A DNA stretch of 64,000 bases from a virus: IMG/VR virus record IMGVR_UViG_3300029243_000160, positions 64,001 through 128,000 of that record; one strand, given 5' to 3'. Position 1 is the stretch's first letter. The number at the start of each line of letters is the position of its first letter. Shown piece by piece: positions 61,361 through 64,000 of the stretch. The position numbers and the translations under genes are program-made. Under the pieces are notes generated by a model that did no database searches, was not told the DNA's origin, and saw nothing but the letters and a program-made list of their open reading frames with translations.

Positions 61361-61453
61361 GTTTTTCCTTTCTGAACGATGCAATGTGTGCTGGCAAATA
61401 AAAAGTGGAATAAATGCTATGTGCATCACTCCACTTCTCGTGCTTTCGTATTC

Positions 61454-62257
61454 TCAAAAAAGTTGAATGTGTTTCAGTCCTTTTTCAAGGTCAAAGTCCG
61501 GATAAGGTTCTCTCTTACTCAGATTCCGGAGCAGGTTTTCATATTCCAGAATGTTATTCATAAGAGCCGACATATCTTCTTTCAGTTCTGTCAGTAACTG
61601 ATTGTGAGATACTTCTCCCCATTCGCCCCACTGTTGACAGGGGTTATGGTCGATTTCAGAATGGTCTTTTCTGCCGTAGGTGTCTGTCGCAATAGTGATT
61701 CTCTCAGCAATTTCAGCAACAGTCTTATCGCCCTCATTGGCTACAGAATAATTGACTGCAAAGCTATTTGTCTGTGCTGTGTTCTCCGCAGAGAATGCAA
61801 GACGGTCTGCTGCCAGTCTGCGTTCCCATTCGTCTTTATCAAATGAGCCACGCTTTTTTGCTCTCTTGGTACGAACTTCTTCTGATGCGTTTACTTGTAC
61901 TACAAAGCAATCATATTTTCCGAAGTAAGAAACATAGTCCTTTGCTCCCTGCACATCTACGATAGCCACATAGTCCTGCTCTGGGTTTAACTGCATCTTT
62001 GGAGTGCCATAATACCAGACATCTTCCTTGCCGTTCCAGATAGTGTTGTAAGAACGATACTCAAAGAATCGTCCCTCAGAGATGCCCTTTTCAAATTCCT
62101 TTCTGGAGATAAAGTTGTAGTCCTTGCCGTTGACCTCTCCCTTACGCATCGGACGTGTAGTGGTTGTCACGATTTCACGGAATCCGTGATTCGCAACCAG
62201 TTCTCTCAGAATTGCATCTTTGCCACTTGCAGACATTCCTATCAGTATCGTCAACAT
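61454..62257 (-). CDS. guanylate-kinase-like P-loop kinase with ~100-aa C-terminal extension
   Basis: GMSASGKDAI P-loop and TTTTRPMRKGEVNGKDYNFISRKEFE..FFEY (Gmk pattern). RBS GAAAGGTGGAA. Confidence 0.75.
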   Translation of the reverse strand: MLTILIGMSASGKDAILRELVANHGFREIVTTTTRPMRKGEVNGKDYNFISRKEFEKGISEGRFFEYRSYNTIWNGKEDVWYYGTPKMQLNPEQDYVAIVDVQGAKDYVSYFGKYDCFVVQVNASEEVRTKRAKKRGSFDKDEWERRLAADRLAFSAENTAQTNSFAVNYSVANEGDKTVAEIAERITIATDTYGRKDHSEIDHNPCQQWGEWGEVSHNQLLTELKEDMSALMNNILEYENLLRNLSKREPYPDFDLEKGLKHIQLF

Positions 62258-62316
62258 AAATCATTCCACCTTTCTATTTGTTCCTTACTGTTAGTTTTCG
62301 TTTGTTTTCGTTTCTT

Positions 62317-62901
62317 TCAGACATGAAACTCGGTCTTTACAAGCCAGTATGTTTCAGCCTTTTTCAAATTTTTCTCACGCTCTGCACGTTCCATGCTACG
62401 ACGCTTATCAATCAAGACAATTGCTTTTTCTTTCAATGCCTTGATTCTTTTCTGTGTTGTTTCCGGTCTGAGGTCTTTTCTGCATACCGGACAAATATTC
62501 GGACAAATATTCGACCGCAGATATTTCAGTGCAATTTTTGAACCGCAGTTCTTACAGCCAACAGTTGCACTCTTATGATTTCCAAAATGAAACGCTTCGT
62601 TCAATGTACGATAAGCCACAATTGCCTGTCTTGCCTTTTCTGTAGTGTTTTCCAGAGCCTTGGAAGGCACGAAGTCATTCTGATACTTGAACTGAACCGC
62701 AACCTGTCTGTAAAAGCCACCCAGATTATTCAGATATTTCTCTGCATCTTCTCTGCTGTCAAAGCAACGATTCTGCCACTCGATGCTTGTGATTGGTGTA
62801 TGATAATCACCGTCACGTTCTGCACGAGCAGAAACCATCGCAAGAATCCGTTCTTTGCTTGTTGTCACCTTAAAATCGTCATGATGAATTTCGTGTCCCA
62901 T
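62317..62901 (-). CDS. hypothetical protein with zinc ribbon (CKNCGS...CPNICPVC)
   Basis: RBS AAGGAG. First gene behind the cassette promoter at 62952-63017. Contains a 12-bp tandem duplication (62489-62512, NICPNICP). Confidence 0.6.
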   Translation of the reverse strand: MGHEIHHDDFKVTTSKERILAMVSARAERDGDYHTPITSIEWQNRCFDSREDAEKYLNNLGGFYRQVAVQFKYQNDFVPSKALENTTEKARQAIVAYRTLNEAFHFGNHKSATVGCKNCGSKIALKYLRSNICPNICPVCRKDLRPETTQKRIKALKEKAIVLIDKRRSMERAEREKNLKKAETYWLVKTEFHV

Positions 62902-62951
62902 AATTCAAAACTCCTTATTTTTTGTTTGGTTTCTTGTACCTTACATATATT

Positions 62952-63017
62952 ATTATAGCACAGTAGTGTACAAATGTCAAGTGCTTTTAGATGTTTACTC
63001 TGTAAAATATCCGTTAT
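62952..63017 (-). promoter_or_regulatory. full cassette: ATAACGGATATTTTACAGAGTAA + TTGACAtttGTACACtactgtgcTATAAT
   Basis: -10 at 62952-62957, -35 at 62975-62980, motif at 62995-63017. Confidence 0.7.
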
Positions 63018-63058
63018 GTAAGTATCAGAATATTTGTACACCATGCCGAATAAAACAA

Positions 63059-63090
63059 TAAAAAAGCCAGTACCAAAACGATACTGACTT
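63059..63090 (-). terminator. rho-independent terminator (modest stem)
   Basis: Minus-strand GTCAGTA-9 nt-TACTGGC followed by TTTTTTATTG. Confidence 0.45.
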
Positions 63091-63097
63091 ATAGCGG

Positions 63098-63433
63098 TTA
63101 TAAATCTATTTCATAGCTGTCTTTTTCGGCTGTAAGAGAATGTTCAGTAGGTTCTTCTTTGGGTTCAGCTGCTTTTGGAGCAGGCTCTGACTTGTGCTGA
63201 GGTTTAGCTTGATTGACGATATTTTTTTGATACAGTTCTTTTACCTGCTCAAAAAGTTGTTCAAAAAGCTGTGGTGACATTTCCTCTGCTTTCTTACCTG
63301 TTGCCTGCTCAATGATTGTGCGTACAGCTTTGTCTTCTTCTGAGAGAGAATTGTTTGGAATATCCGTCTGAACTGACGGTTGAGAAGGAATTGTTTGAGA
63401 TATATCCTGCTTTTGCTCTGGCTTTTTTGTCAA
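63098..63433 (-). CDS. possible small P/E/Q-rich protein (111 aa)
   Basis: ORF track only. TTG start, no convincing RBS, low-complexity sequence. Confidence 0.3.
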   Translation of the reverse strand: MTKKPEQKQDISQTIPSQPSVQTDIPNNSLSEEDKAVRTIIEQATGKKAEEMSPQLFEQLFEQVKELYQKNIVNQAKPQHKSEPAPKAAEPKEEPTEHSLTAEKDSYEIDL

Positions 63434-63459
63434 TGGTAGCTATAGCAAACACAACCTTT

Positions 63460-63670
63460 ATATAAAATTTAAGAGGGTGGTGAATTACCGCAGTAATACT
63501 ACCACCCTCTAGTGACTGATTTTACCGTTGTCCGAACCAACAACATCGACCCTTATGTTCGACAGTAGAGCGAAGATTATTTCGTTGCTTCGCCAACGCT
63601 CTGTATCTTTCGCAACAGAGTTGGTCACAACTGTAACCACCGGATTGAATCGTGTCAGCCCACGCTGTTA
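63460..63670 (-). ncRNA. candidate structured RNA or structured DNA element (~210 nt)
   Basis: Has its own promoter (63676-63704). Successive hairpins: CTCTGT/ACAGAG at 63599-63620, GCGAAG/CTTCGC at 63560-63584, and a 10+5-bp hairpin AGAGGGTGGT..ATTAC-CGCA-GTAAT..ACCACCCTCT at 63472-63510, followed by a U/A-rich tract. No family recognised. Confidence 0.35.
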
Positions 63671-63675
63671 TTCTT

Positions 63676-63704
63676 ATTATACGCTAAACCACAAGAAAAA
63701 TCAA
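63676..63704 (-). promoter_or_regulatory. candidate promoter TTGATT-17-TATAAT
   Basis: Read directly on the minus strand. Confidence 0.45.
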
Positions 63705-63756
63705 TAAATCTTCATTGTATTTTTAAGAATATTTCGTGAATCAAGATGATGAATAA

Positions 63757-63788
63757 AAGAAAAAACCACCAGCAGGATTGCCAGTGGT
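63757..63788 (-). terminator. rho-independent terminator of the dockerin-type gene
   Basis: Minus-strand ACCACTGGCA-ATCC-TGCTGGTGGT followed by TTTTTTCTTTT. Confidence 0.65.
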
Positions 63789-63825
63789 CTTTCCTCTATT
63801 GAATTTTTGAAGGATATGTCTTAGA

Positions 63826-64000
63826 TTACTTTGTCACAGGCAGGGTGTCGATATAGCGAACCAAGAACTGCAACAGTGTGGTTGCATCGTTGGCATCAAT
63901 CTTGTCATCAGAGAAGGTGTTTGCATTGATTGCTGCCTGTCCCTTCAAAGTGACAGTGCCAATTACGGTCTTGTTGAGCATAACTGCATCTGCAAGGTCT
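63826..64000 (-). CDS. 3' end of a gene encoding a dockerin-like C-terminus (5' part outside window)
   Basis: My translation: ...DLADAVMLNKTVIGTVTLKGQAAINANTFSDDKIDANDATTLLQFLVRYIDTLPVTK*. D.N.D....D...LLQFLV resembles a dockerin Ca-binding repeat. Confidence 0.5.
   Translation of the reverse strand, partial: DLADAVMLNKTVIGTVTLKGQAAINANTFSDDKIDANDATTLLQFLVRYIDTLPVTK

Larger units (their letters stand above)
1..63750. mobile_element. plasmid-/ICE-like mobile element (boundaries not visible; left end beyond window)
   Basis: RepL-like genes plus iterons, topo III, polyvalent proteins, int/xis, TraX, YodL-like and many accessory genes. One promoter/operator cassette is shared across the whole span. 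Confidence 0.6.

Noticed and set aside
62489-62512. 12-bp tandem duplication GGACAAATATTC x2
   Set aside because: It lies inside a coding region (encodes NICPNICP within a zinc ribbon). It is probably a slippage duplication, not a regulatory repeat.
63472-63510. T-box riboswitch (GGGTGGTA...CTGCGG resembles the T-box sequence)
   Set aside because: The conserved block sits in the 5' arm of the terminator rather than in an antiterminator arrangement. I found no specifier or stem I features, and the downstream ORF is not amino-acid related.
63560-63670. tmRNA, SRP RNA or 6S RNA (GGGCTGAC..GATTC start resembles the tmRNA 5' end)
   Set aside because: The region is too short. There is no tRNA-like 3' end (…CCACCA), no tag ORF and no SRP domain IV motif.
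1-64000. Search for cas genes, reverse transcriptases, phage capsid/terminase/tail genes, T4SS ATPases/relaxase, and rRNA/tRNA genes
   Set aside because: None was recognisable in any ORF-track translation or in my own reading. Their absence is limited to this window and to what motif recognition by eye can detect.

Overview
No database searches were possible, so all domain calls come from motifs I recognise in the translations. The window looks like about 64 kb of a low-GC Firmicutes/Clostridia mobile genetic element (plasmid-like, ICE-like or phage-plasmid-like), not core chromosome.

Layout:
(i) 1-3984, minus strand: a 3'-truncated topoisomerase III operon and two RepL-like winged-helix genes.
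(ii) 4000-5400: a non-coding origin-like region with at least 15 copies of an 11-bp iteron (TAGACTTCTAT family), a 16-bp direct-repeat pair and a perfect 16-bp inverted repeat.
(iii) 5.4-32.2 kb, plus strand: small genes, an orphan 4-repeat CRISPR-like mini-array with no cas genes, and an FtsH paralogue. Two ~10-kb operons follow, each behind a homologous promoter-leader-terminator unit. They encode very acidic or polyvalent proteins: a zincin HEWGH domain, degenerate exonuclease folds, a CHC2 zinc finger, three FtsK-gamma-like wHTH repeats and a RecJ-like DHH protein.
(iv) 32.2-34.4 kb: an att-like non-coding region with TGTTAA arm-type repeats, a Tn916-type tyrosine integrase and an excisionase.
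(v) 34.7-63.4 kb, all minus strand: cargo operons separated by a recurring terminator-operator-promoter cassette.
(vi) 63.8-64.0 kb: the 3' end of a dockerin-type gene.

The cargo operons in (v) encode:
- a PARP-like DUF3990 / DUF3791-like / NADAR / VapD-zincin cluster;
- signal peptidase I, a tandem-RHH protein, RNase H-like proteins and an alpha/beta hydrolase;
- a membrane SpoVK/CbbX-type AAA+ ATPase with a J-domain partner;
- a DUF262-lipoprotein-DnaQ exonuclease operon, a YodL-like protein and a UvrD-like helicase-nuclease;
- a sigma-region-4 / alpha-CTD fusion protein;
- paralogous lipoproteins and TraX;
- a 12-gene small-ORF operon with a TARG1-like macrodomain and a guanylate-kinase-like protein.

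I saw no rRNA or tRNA genes, cas genes, phage structural genes or T4SS genes.

Most interesting candidates:
- the ART-like/NADAR/VapD-zincin cluster;
- the sigma4-alphaCTD protein together with the conserved promoter cassette;
- the AAA+/J-domain pair;
- the orphan CRISPR mini-array;
- the paired leader RNAs.
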